A stretch of 59,078 bases of DNA, counting the filler, from Sphacelaria rigidula (taxonomy: Eukaryota), in NCBI GenBank assembly GCA_964200075.2. It is 4 parts of 4 records of this genome, joined end to end, with 100 filler letters (N's around TTAATTAATTAA, not from the genome) between each part and the next. Parts side by side here need not be neighbours in the genome. Positions count along the whole stretch, not along the records: positions 44,386 to 59,078 come from CAXNAA020002091.1; 3 more parts are not named here. One strand, written 5' to 3'. Numbering within the stretch: the stretch's first letter is position 1; each line of letters opens with the position of its first letter. The notes under the pieces were generated by a model, which was given only the letters and a program-made list of their open reading frames with translations, made no database searches and was not told the origin of the DNA. The position numbers and the translations under genes are program-made. This document shows positions 48,353 to 59,078 of this stretch, piece after piece.

Positions 48353-50185
48353 ACTCCGGCCTCTCACGTGAACGCGGGTGCGAGCAGTTCTTTACAATTC
48401 ATGGACCCTCCAATCTCCAATTCGTTTTTTGCCTTATGCCTCCGAAGTCGGTAACCAGATTTGTGTTTCTCCTTCAAAGAACCGTTTTTTAGAAGTGGAT
48501 ACACCAGTACATCCTCTAGACCAAAGGCTTCTCCGTCATGTGTCCCCGTCACCACCTTGTTCCCCGTAAAATGCTGGATAGTTTCCGACCGACCTCTTGT
48601 CAACGTAAATTTCTCCGCGTGTTCGTCAGTCATGAGCACTTCCAACTCGGGGAAATCTGAGCGCCCCCCACCCGCCCACCTCTTGCCTTGGCGTGGCCTC
48701 AATTCAGGACCAGTAGACAGTCAGTTCGATTGCGTGTCCTGTTCTGCGTGAGGGCGATGGTTACTTACTTCGAGGAAGCCGGGTGATTGTGATCACACAA
48801 CCCCGCAGCTCCCATCATTTTATCAGAATTTTCTTGGTGACACATGTTGGACTTCCCAGCCTCCCACCGGCCTGCGAGCACCTCCTATGGGTCTTGACAC
48901 GCGATTTATATGTACTCCGACATGTTTTTGGCCTTGATTGCGTGCAGTAGTGTGTGTAGTAGACGGGCATCGCCCCCTTGTGTAATACTCTCCTCGACCC
49001 CTGGGCTGAAAACACTACATCAAGAAATTAGTAAAAAAGGATGCTACCTGCTTTTGGAATTAAACACCCAGCAGCACCGCACGCCGCTGGAATAAAGTCG
49101 GATCTGTAACGGTGCGGTCTGTTGCGTACTGCACTGTACCGAGCTCAGCTTGTAGTTGACGGTACAATACAGACTTGCAGAGTTCTTCACAGGAGAGGCA
49201 TGCATACGACGACGAAAAACCTACATGGTATCAGACTCTCACTGTTGACCCTTCCAGTAATCACGCTGATCGTTGCGGCTGTTGCCCCGACGCAAGCCTA
49301 ATTACCTTTTGGTCCGTTTACAGGCGCAGACGGGCACTAGTTGGGCATGCGCTCAGTGAATGTTTTTTGGGGCAAAAGTGACTCGACCCTTTCATGGCAA
49401 GCATAGGTCATCTGTTGAATCGGCTCCATCATCACTTGAAAGAATTATGCATGATCCAGATGGACTACTCTCGAGGTCGAAGGGTTGAAGTATTTGGTAT
49501 TCGATCAATGCCACAGTCGCCACCAGGTCGTGACTCTTCGAAGTCCTCAGGATAGGGCATTGGTTCCGGTATATAGATATATATATCCGTAGCTCCAGCA
49601 GGTACAGGCAGTACAGTGTATGAAGGCACCTTGATACGAGCCGACGAAAGAGTCATAATTCAAAAGGCAGGAGCTGCACCCCTCGGGCAAGGGCCGGACT
49701 CCAGACATGACCCCTAGATCAGCCACCCACTGTACACAGATGATCGGAATAAATGTCTCGACAACGTGAGCTACGAAAGGTTCGAGGTCATCCCCCTAGG
49801 TTTTGTGGTGAAACATGAATCGGGTGAACCTCAAATTATTTGATGGTGGAAGTGCTCTGAACTCTGTGTCGCTTTTTGATGATGACCGCCGCTCCTCGAA
49901 ACATGACGCGCCGTGTGGAAGCGAATGTATTGTATGCACACCCTGGACAGTGTACGGTCAATAGTTGCAATAGGCAAAAATGTACCACGTAAAGTACGAC
50001 CCTATTGCAACTATTGACCATCTGTTGTCCACGGTGTGAGAGTATGATGACGCAACTAGCCAAGGGGCTGAAAGTGGCCGTTTGTCATTTTTTGTCCTCC
50101 TTGACACGAGAATTGAGCGGACAGCCGGTGTAATTTGCCCGAGCTGATCCAGGCAGCAGGGTGAACCATGTCTGAACGGCGTGTG

Positions 50186-50571
50186 CGTGTGAGTCGTCAT
50201 CCCATCTATTCTGGACGCCAGTCTAAACATTCTGGTTCATGTGCGCGCATCAGCCGGAGTCACATACATCGGAGGAAGGCCAACCTTTTTTTTTTGCTCT
50301 TTGTTTTTAGTGCTTCTTTACAGTTTTTTTCATGTGAAGACAACAACAACAACTTCTGCGGTGCTTGCCTTATCTTTTATATTTATCGCAAGAAGGTTCT
50401 AGCGGTCCCTTTCCCTCGTCGACGTCGAATTTTTGGTACCCACGAATTACTGTAGCGCCCTCCACTGGGCATCGCGTGAGAAAAAATCCTACGTCGTGTG
50501 ACTGCACTGAGATATGAACCCACGACCCAGCCGTCAGAAGGTGTCGAGGTTATCAACTGAGCCACCGGGGC
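50186..50571 (-). mobile_element. tRNA-derived SINE, family B, copy 1
   Basis: Minus-strand head GCCCCGGTGGCTCAGTTGAT.. with GGTTCATATC box B variant; body matches 52290-52673. Confidence 0.8.
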
Positions 50572-50972
50572 CACCATGGTGTACTCCGTAATATTCACTT
50601 GAAATAGTAAAAAAGGCACACGAATCGACAGGGGTAGACGGGAGACTTGAGTCGCGACAGAAATTCATTGTTTTGAAAAAACGCTGACACTAACGCTATA
50701 TAGCGCTACCCCTAACCCAAGGCATACCGAGAGCCCTGGAGCAAGAGGTGCTGTAGGAGATGTCGAGATTATCAACTGAGCCACCGGGGCCACATGGTGT
50801 ACTCTGTAATATTCACTTGAAATAGTAAAAAAGGCACACGAATCGACAGAGGTAGACAGGAGACTGAGGTCGCGACAGAACTTTGTTGTTTTGAAAAAAA
50901 CGCTAACGCTAACGCTAACGCTACCCCTAACCCGAGGCATACCGAGAACCCGGGAGCAAGAGGTGCTGTAGG
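50542..50972. repeat. Tandem duplication (~215-bp unit) including the SINE head and its upstream flank
   Basis: 50542-50758 and 50761-50972 are near-identical. Confidence 0.9.
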
Positions 50973-51429
50973 CAAGTGTGCTTGGGCAGACTTTGAATTG
51001 GCGCCTGCTGCGCCGATTTAAACAATGAGTGTGCTTTTTAAACATGTGTTTTCTTAGGCAGGGTCGTATATTTACCTGTACAGCCTGATATGCAGGGAAA
51101 ATCTTGAGCGGCGAGAGTTGAGCTGTCGGTCTCACCTACCTTCAACGCAGGGTTTTTGCCCACAATACATGGGCCTGATGACGGTTGGTGCTGACGGTGT
51201 TTCATGGGACAACACAAACAAACGATTCGTACCTCAACTATCACGCAGGTCAAGCTTGTCTAGGTTTCGGTGTCCAGATTTTCACAGGGAAGCCATTTAC
51301 ATCCGAAACGCTTTTTTTTTTTTCATTTTCGCGTGAGCTATTATTCAGGCCTGCAGTCGAAAGATGGATGCTTCCCGTGCAGCCAGCATCCATATATTTT
51401 GGCGGTATAGTACTCGTAGTAGCGAAGAG

Positions 51430-51916
51430 GCTGAGACCAATTCTTGAAGACGGAAATCAAGCTCTCGGAGCAATGCCCTTTTTGAGCGTTCAATCGCAGA
51501 TTTTCGGCAGAACACGGGCCTTGGCGGATTGGGTCTCCTCTGAAATAATCACTGTACGTTCCAAGAGGATTCTTGTGCACTTTTCCGATCTTTCCTGCGC
51601 ACAGTTTGACTTTTGGCGAGATTCGCGGTTTTGCGCCAGCCCCCAACTTCTTGGAGTTATCGGGGAAAAAAGGCTTTCTCGCGAGAACTCCAATATTTTT
51701 GGGGCTGGCGAAAAATCGGGAATCCGGCTAGGGGTAAAACTGGGCACATGAAAGATGGGGAAAGTGCGCCATTGTAATAGAATCCTCTTGGTACGTATAA
51801 TGGATCTTTTGGGGGAGGCCCAACCCGCCAAAGGCCTTATTTGGCCGAAAATATGCCATTGGAGGCTCAGGAAGGGTATTTCTCCTAGAGCCCGTTTCCG
51901 GACTATGAGGACCAGC
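51430..51916. mobile_element. Foldback / long-TIR element (~175-bp diverged arms)
   Basis: 51430-51607 aligns with the reverse complement of 51736-51916 (e.g. CCAAGAGGATTCT / AGAATCCTCTTGG). Confidence 0.72.
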
Positions 51917-52289
51917 TGAATGCGACAGTTTCGATTTCCCTCGCTTCTCCCCCTGGACACAAGATGTGAGGGGAGACGCCACAGCTCTCTTCTGTGCTTC
52001 ACTCCTCAAATGGAAAGAAGCGTATGTTATTGCCCTCCTGGTTGAGTTACATTTCTCCGTCTAACTGTGTGTGACTATCGATATACCTGCGAAGGTAAAT
52101 TAACTGTGTGGTGTCCGACGATGTGGTGTTATTATTTCGTTATAAACTTGATGGACCTCTCTCTGTTATCTTCACGAGGGACCTCGCTACTTCCACTGCT
52201 AGGATCTTGAGAGCACTGGAGGGCACGAGTGTCTTGACCAATGTCGGCGGGTAGTAGTGCTCTTCCCGCCTGGTGATTGACTGCGAGCC

Positions 52290-52673
52290 TGTGTGTTGTT
52301 GTCGTCGTCGTTGTTGTTGTCGTGTGTTGCCATCCCATCTATTCTGGACGCCAGTCTACACCTTTCGGTATATTTGGGCGCATAAGCCGGGGTCACACAG
52401 GAGAAAGGTCAACTCAGGGTTTTTCCTTTTCCCTCTTGTTCTAGTACTCCACCTTTCTTCTGAGGTGTTTGCTTTATTTTTCATCGCGAGAGGGGTTCAG
52501 CAGTCGCTTTCCCTCGTCTACCATGAAGTCGACTTTTGTCCACCATGAAATAGTCGCTCTCCACTGGTTGGCATGGTGTAAGAAAAAATCCCAGATAGTG
52601 TGACTTCACCGAGATTCGAACCCACGACCCAACGGTCGGAAGGTTTCGAGGTTACCAACTGAGCCACCGGGGC
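52290..52673 (-). mobile_element. tRNA-derived SINE, family B, copy 2, with (ACA/ACG)n tail
   Basis: GCCCCGGTGGCTCAGTTGG (box A), GGTTCGAATCT (box B); no matching acceptor stem, so not a tRNA gene. Confidence 0.82.
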
Positions 52674-55600
52674 GACCGGCTCTTGTCTAGCGAAATCCCG
52701 GCGTGATCTGTCCCGCTCTGTAGGGATGCGAGGTCAGCGATCTTATGAATATGGCTCCCCGCGTTAAATGTGTGTTGTGGAGTATGGCCAAAGTGGTGAC
52801 AATTTTTTGAAAAGGGTGCGTAACGTGTACCCTGGACCACCAACCTAGACCCACTGCTAGATGCGCAGTTAGATATGCAACCTATGATTTTTTTGATATC
52901 CACGGCAAAAAAACAGTCGGATCATGGCACAGCGATAGATTGCCGACGGATGTGCTGGTCAGGTGCATGGTAAAGTATACAAGAGTACATCCACAGTTAC
53001 GGGAATTTGGCGGCGTGAGGTGCTATAACGGGGAGATTCACATTAAGGGGGTGTATCATCTTGAACTACTAACCGACTGCCTGTGTAAAACGGGGTAGTA
53101 CAGTTTGTAGGGTAGAGTCGAGGTAGTCGATGATTTCGTACGTGAGCAAGATTATCTCGGTCCGCTTTTTTTGTGACCTCGTATCATCCATGGCCAGTTG
53201 GGATCCATGGCAGCTACAACGGCTACTGAAGTGTTCCGTCCCTATTTCGTGGCTCTCACATATTTTCGCGTGGGAAAAGGTAATGTCTGCACTCGCATTT
53301 CCACCGACTATACCCGTGGATCACGCGCGACGGTTGTGACACGTACGTCCAATTTACGTCTTTAGATGTCCGCTCGGAAACCACACATGAGTTTGTTCCG
53401 AAACCGCTTGCTATTGGGTCGGTGGCGACACGTCCGAAATTGCTGGGTTACGGCGATATATTTATGAATCGGCGTCATGTTCAGTTCTTTCTTGAGTGAA
53501 AATGATGATGATTCACGCCTGGACCACACCTCCGGCGGTCAAGGAGTTCACCGGGTCTTGCGGGAGAAGCTGGCTGCCCCGCATCGCCTCAACGGCTCAT
53601 GAAGTGTCGTGTCGTGCCGGCTGCCGATACGAGTACCTCCCAACATTTTTCACGATGAAGCACTACCCATCGGGAGAGTGCGTGGTTCGGTTGCTCGGGG
53701 TACTTCTGATCTTTTGACCGCGTCCCTGAAATGAAAGGGCTGAGGCCCCGTCTTGGCACATTAGTTTTCGATCGAAATTGTGCGATGGAAAGCTAAAATC
53801 CTAATCTGATAGGTCGTAATTACAACCATCGTAAATTTCGAAGATGGTTGAAATCATGACCTATCGGATCAGGATTTTTGTTTTCCATCGCACTTGTTCG
53901 ATCGAAAACTCGAGTTCTAAGACAGGCCCTGATACGATGGAAAGATGGAGAGAAACGTTCGGGCGAGGAAGAAGGGTCCGTCCTAAACGGTGATGATGTG
54001 CTTCTGGAAATTTTGACACCCTGGACAACAGTAGCGGACAACAGTGGCAAAAGTGTACCGCTTACAGTGTATACTCTATTTTATTGGATAATTTCAATAT
54101 ATTCGGTACTGTACGCAGTATACTTGGATTACCGATGTAATCTAGAATTGTCCAAATTGTCAAAAAAATTCCATCCACTTTGTTGTGTTCCACCTGTAAT
54201 CGTGAGAAGACGACAGTTTTATGCTAGACAGTCCGGGACCATGTCAACGCTTTATTTACATCCCGTCATCACTCCGTGTTATGCTGTTAATGGCAGCACC
54301 ATCGCCCGAAAACATGATTACCCACAAGAACAGCAACGAGCATATTCACATGCTGTGTAGTCACGGTGTGTGTAGCAGTAGTGGCGCCGTGCATGCCCCG
54401 AACTACATGAAACAAGCGGCAGGGGGGGAGGTACGTGAAAATATATATATATTTTTGTCGCCTAGAACGGCTCTGAGGGGTGTGCCCTAAGGAGTGACGA
54501 AGGTATGGCCGCCACTCGTCCAATACTTGAGTTTCGGCTGCTGCCATCAGGCCTATGAACCTCTAGCAGGGCCGCGTTTAGATAATACAGTAACGCGGTC
54601 AGTCGGTGGGATTCTCAAGTATGTCGCACCCAATTAGATTTTCGAATACATCGATGTGCAAGCGGGCCTGTATTCTCTGCACATCCTGGGGAAAAATCCC
54701 AGCGTGGTCCTGACATCCCGTCCCGTCGGATCGATTTCGCACGTGTTCCACCGTATACAAGCGGAAAACAGAAACACTCAGTTGGAGTCTACACACACCA
54801 ATAGCCGGATCTTTAGCAGGGCTGACACCCCCAGCTGTTCCTGGCGTGCGCAAAACAGGTTTTCGTCAAGTTCGGCGCCGATTTGAGGTCTGCCAACGCC
54901 ACACTTTGCCTACAGAACGCTTTGCACCGCCCCCCCCCCCCTCTCGCCCGAGGGTTCTCGGTATTCCGTATTTTTGGGTGTGGTTTAGCGTTCGCTCAAA
55001 ATAATATATTTACGAGAAATTTCTTCAAATGGTCAATCGACCAATTGGCAAGCACACCTCGGTAGGGGGGGACACACGCGGGGGATTTTTTTCGATTTTA
55101 TTATTATCGGAAAATGCCAAACTTTGACGGTGGCGCGCTGGAACATGGCTGGGTGATTCTAGCCGCACCGTCTCCACACAACATGGATTGCACAATGAAG
55201 AAGTGTAGGTCTTATACAATTATTGTTGAGCATGACCGTAGTGGTGTTTAGAGCGGCAGCGTTTTTGCTCCTATTTTATTAGTCCAATCAGTCTGTTGTA
55301 CCCTGTCTGGTTCTGTTAATTTTTATTCGGCGCGTGTTTCAGTTCTGTTTTGTTCCGGGTGAGTCAATCATGTAGCCACGGCTGGATCCGCGGGAGATCA
55401 GTTGAAGTGCGACGTGAAGAAGAACTCGAAGACGGTGCCGTTTTGTACACAATGAAAGATCGTGACTGCACTGTGCGGCTCCTGGGTCGAGCAGATGGCA
55501 TTGAGATAATCGATGTCATTTAATAGTCTCGATTCCGGCCTTGGCGTGGAAGATCGATCGGTACTTCATTCAGTACCAAGTGCGCGATCGATCTTATTAG

Positions 55601-56947
55601 AGGCATCTCAACCTCGAGCTTCCCGGCATATTTGACTGTAGATTACAGTCAAATATACCAGGAACCTCGAGTTCGACATACCTCTATTAATATCAAAGTA
55701 AACATATTGATTTTCGTGTGCCCCTATTATGATCCGAGGACCCCTAATACAATAAATAATCCCCCTCTCCCTCCCTCACGTGACGGTAGGGAAGAGTTCG
55801 CTGGGTGGACTCAGCCGGCAAAATGGAAAATACCCCAACGTCCGGGTATACATACCCCAAAGAAACAGGACTTTGGAAAATTGTACCAAAGCACAAGTAT
55901 AGCGGGCGCCCCAAATGTTTATATTGTCTGTATTGCAAGGGGTTTGCTGAACGTAGTTCGCTGTAATGTTCTTCCCTAGGTACAGGTATTGCCGTATGAA
56001 CTTTTGGTATAGCAGGGCTCGGCGAAGCACAGGTCCTCCCATGCCAACACCTTGAACGTCCGTGTGACGTATTTGGGTCCTAAACGACAAACTCTACGGC
56101 CGTCTGCAGCGACGGGGGTGGGGGAGGAAGGGGGAGGTACAGGCGGAATCATTTTCTGGCAGAAAAATGATTTTTCTGTTGAGAAGGTTTTTGCCATGCG
56201 TATGCTGCGCGAATTTAACTCTTCGAGTATGAGCCACAGACAGCGAAGCTTCAAAGAATAGCATAATGGCCACGGCTGGATCATGACTATCTGGGGGATC
56301 GGTGAAAGTGCGATAATTAATCAATCAATCGAGACCATTTATGCGAAAGGAAAACAGGTCTCCCGTTTTTGTTTTGCCTCGTTATTTGTGCCACTTTCAT
56401 TAATTTTCTTGTTTTTCGTTGGTCACATGATATATGCGTAGTTTTTTTTGCAAGTGATGAAAGTGCTACATACAGGCTTGAGAGATATTGAAAAACTAAA
56501 GTATATCTGGACACCCCCGCACGGTATTTGTGAAAGTACGCACGTTGATCCGACACAAGAATCGTTACTCACCTTGGACAAAAGAAGGCGTTGTCAAAAA
56601 GTGTACTGCGTACAGACTGGGCTATTGTATTGAGGTCTAATGCATCAAACAAAATATTCCCCAGTACACGCAGTACACTTTTTGACGGTGTTTTCAGGTG
56701 TCATCATCCAGGGTGTGAAACGCTGCACTTTCGAACAGAAACTTTGCTTGTGAATCTCTCGACCGCCGGTGGAGCAGCCGCATGGTGCACTATTAGGACA
56801 CAAGACAGAACACAGTCGGCTACACGTTCGGGCGCGCACATGAGTTGACCCTTTTGGAAGCGCTAATGGAAAAATGACGAAAAGAGATTTGTTTAATTTG
56901 TCTTGGTTTCGGTTTTTCAGTTCCGTATGAAAGTGTATTCCACTTTG

Positions 56948-57247
56948 AACAATGTCTTGGTGAGATTGAGAGTAGGAGATACGATTGAGAGTGGAAATCG
57001 CCCGATTAGTGAATGGATCGTTTCAGTTCCGAAATGTCCCTCCACGAGATTCAGTATTGTTCTGTAGTAGCTTGCCACTGAGGCCCTTGATATCCCTGAG
57101 CAGGATATCCACGTATAGCTGTAAGCACACACCAGTGATGGAGGTAAAGAAAAGTACACACGGAATAAAAAAATTGGCGAAGTTATAGCGAATGATGGAA
57201 GCCACTCTCAATCAACGCTCTACTCTCAATCTCACGAAACGTTGTTT
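56948..57247. mobile_element. MITE-like element with ~45-bp TIRs
   Basis: GTGAGATTGAGAGTAG..GATTGAGAGTGG versus CCACTCTCAATC..CTACTCTCAATCTCAC. Confidence 0.65.
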
Positions 57248-57498
57248 TTGCTGCTTTCCCAAATCGATTTTTTCCGTTGTGTTTAACCTTCGTACATCCA
57301 GTTGGTGACCACGGCTGCGTCCCTGGGTGGTCTTTCAATGTGTGGCAAAACGATAAAAGACCCAGTCAACTGGTCAATTTGATCCTGCTTGTTCCACGTA
57401 TCCTCGAACGACGCACCATCGCTAGTATACTCGATCTGATCTGTTTTGATATGTTCCTATCTCTGCCGTGTGTGATGACACCGTCTGTATGTGTATAG

Positions 57499-57739
57499 GC
57501 TATGAGTTGGAAGACTTGAAGCTGGGCAACGAGGAAGAGATGGACCACGTGGAGGATTTGATCGCGCTTCCGCATCTTCATGAAGCAGCCATATTGCATT
57601 CCCTGACATGTCGCTTCGAACGGGGGGATATTTACACCTTCACGGCCAACTCCATCTTGCTGGCCGTCAACCCTTTCAAGAGGTTGCCACTGTATTCGAA
57701 GGAGCTGTTGACAGATTACTTCAACCTGGGGTACATGAG
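57499..57739 (+). CDS. Myosin exon 2 (start of motor domain)
   Basis: TAG acceptor completes G|GC; VEDLIALPHLHEAAILHSL..RF..IYTFT..ILLAVNPFKRLPLY; AG|GTGAAG donor, phase 2. Confidence 0.93.
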
Positions 57740-58640
57740 GTGAAGCGAAAAACACATTTTTTTTCTTTCCTCTTTTTGTTTTCTTGATTTTTGTTTTCGC
57801 CTCCACACTTGCTTCATCTCTCCGTTCCCCGGATAAGTACGGAGTCTCAGGGGATCCCGTCCATCTCCCTCCCCCACCCCCCCAACCTCCGTCTCGAAAG
57901 GGATGCGTGGTCAATGGTCAGACGACTAAGGCAAGCAACACATGAGAACACCCCCCCAACCCTTGTGCACGCAATTGCTTTATCCTGCTTTTATTTTTGT
58001 TTTTCCTTTCTCTCAGTCGTGGAGTGATGATTGGACCTGTGATTGATTGTTCTCTTCCTGGATGAGATAAGTTAGGTCTGGTATTTTTGTTTTTCGCCAA
58101 TGATTCGTTTTTTGTTTCTTTTATTTCTTGCCATTAATGAACGGAAATCCGTGAAAATAGGAGATTTGCGCCCGTAGCGCGTCTTCCTCCACCTTTCTGT
58201 AAACGGGCAGTGGGGGAACTGAACCCTTCAACCGCCGGAGGGTGGTCCATGTTCTCAATGGGTATCTCTTTTGCTTGGAGATGGAGTGAAAACGATGCCT
58301 ATTTGACAGACACACTTTGGCGGTAAAATAGATGGGAATTTCTTTCTCAGTTATTCGTCACCTGACCTGGTTAACCGTTCGATGTCGAGCATAATTCATG
58401 TGTTGAATCAGAATTAGTTTCACTTGGAAAATTACTGTACAACCAGATGACCTACCCTCGCGGCCAAAAGGTTGAGAAAGCTTCTACCCCATTTTTTGGA
58501 AAAGGTGGATATCACTCCCAAAATGTCCGAAGCTTTGGCTGATGAACAAGTCCCGTTAATGATGCCCTTTCCACGTACGACTCCTGTGTCGTTTGTGTGT
58601 GTATGCGTGTTTTGTTTTTTCCCCTTCTTTGTCGAAACAG

Positions 58641-58722
58641 ACAACAGGGTATTGACCCGCCAAAATCGCTTGGCCCGCACGTTTTCGCCATCGCCGATTC
58701 GGCGTACCGCGACATGATGAAG
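58641..58722 (+). CDS. Myosin exon 3 (gene continues off the right edge)
   Basis: CAG acceptor completes AG|A; LGPHVFAIADSAYRDM; AAG|GTTAGT donor. Confidence 0.93.
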
Positions 58723-59078
58723 GTTAGTTGTTCGTTTTTAAATAGTTTGCTGTTTGGCAAGGAAAATCCTATCAAGTAAGACCCTAGAGAGTGCGGATGT
58801 GTAATCGTTAAAACCGAAGTATATTTATTTCGGTCTTTAAAATCAATCGGTTTGCACACAGATGCGCGTCGACAACGAGCATGTTTTTTTTTTTTCTCTC
58901 TGCACACGATTTCTTGTTAGATCCGGGATCAGGCCTACAAGGTGCGGCGATTGATGGAGTGGTGCAGGATGACAGTCACAGGAGTATAACATATAGAGTG
59001 ATGCCCCCCCCCCCCCTGTGCTAGGGGGGGAAATGGCCGAGTGGCAACAAGGTGGCATAGAATAGTGTGTTGCAATAA

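Noticed and set aside
48089..48492. Poly-Pro / poly-Gly ORFs (also near 26095-26270 and 29593-29690)
   Set aside because: Homopolymer G/C runs beside N gaps; low-quality sequence.
50899..50933. CGCTAA / CCCTAA units as interstitial telomere
   Set aside because: Only three to four imperfect units inside a duplicated segment.
52595..52673. tRNA gene (also 50495-50571 and 11081-11150)
   Set aside because: Box A/B are present but the acceptor and anticodon stems do not pair, and each is attached to a repeated body, so these are SINE heads.

Overview
Eukaryotic, intron-rich and repeat-dense DNA. It is most consistent with a brown alga or related stramenopile (inference from short exons in kb-long TE-filled introns and from the myosin, Copia and Gypsy sequence types). 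Three artificial 100-bp linkers (44N-TTAATTAATTAA-44N) split the window into four blocks, and adjacency across them is unproven. Block 1 (1-14697): six phase-consistent exons of a minus-strand exostosin/GT47 glycosyltransferase with a type-II anchor and an acidic repeat stem, plus a nest of piggyBac-like MITEs. Block 2 (14798-29492): five small phase-consistent minus-strand exons, not assembled by the ORF track, encoding a Cys-rich ectodomain like that of ADP1-type ABCG transporters, among many MITEs. Block 3 (29593-44285): essentially all transposon-derived. It holds a LINE 5' remnant with a 63-bp tandem array upstream, a decayed Copia fragment, and a full-length dead chromodomain Ty3/Gypsy element (35913-41652, 4-bp TSD) with a perfect 14-bp palindrome where a tRNA primer-binding site is expected. 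Block 4 (44386-59078): a head-to-head pair of a PPR-like first exon and a myosin gene (three exons, 10.3-kb first intron containing tRNA-derived SINEs and foldback elements). All alignments and counts were done by eye; no database search was possible.
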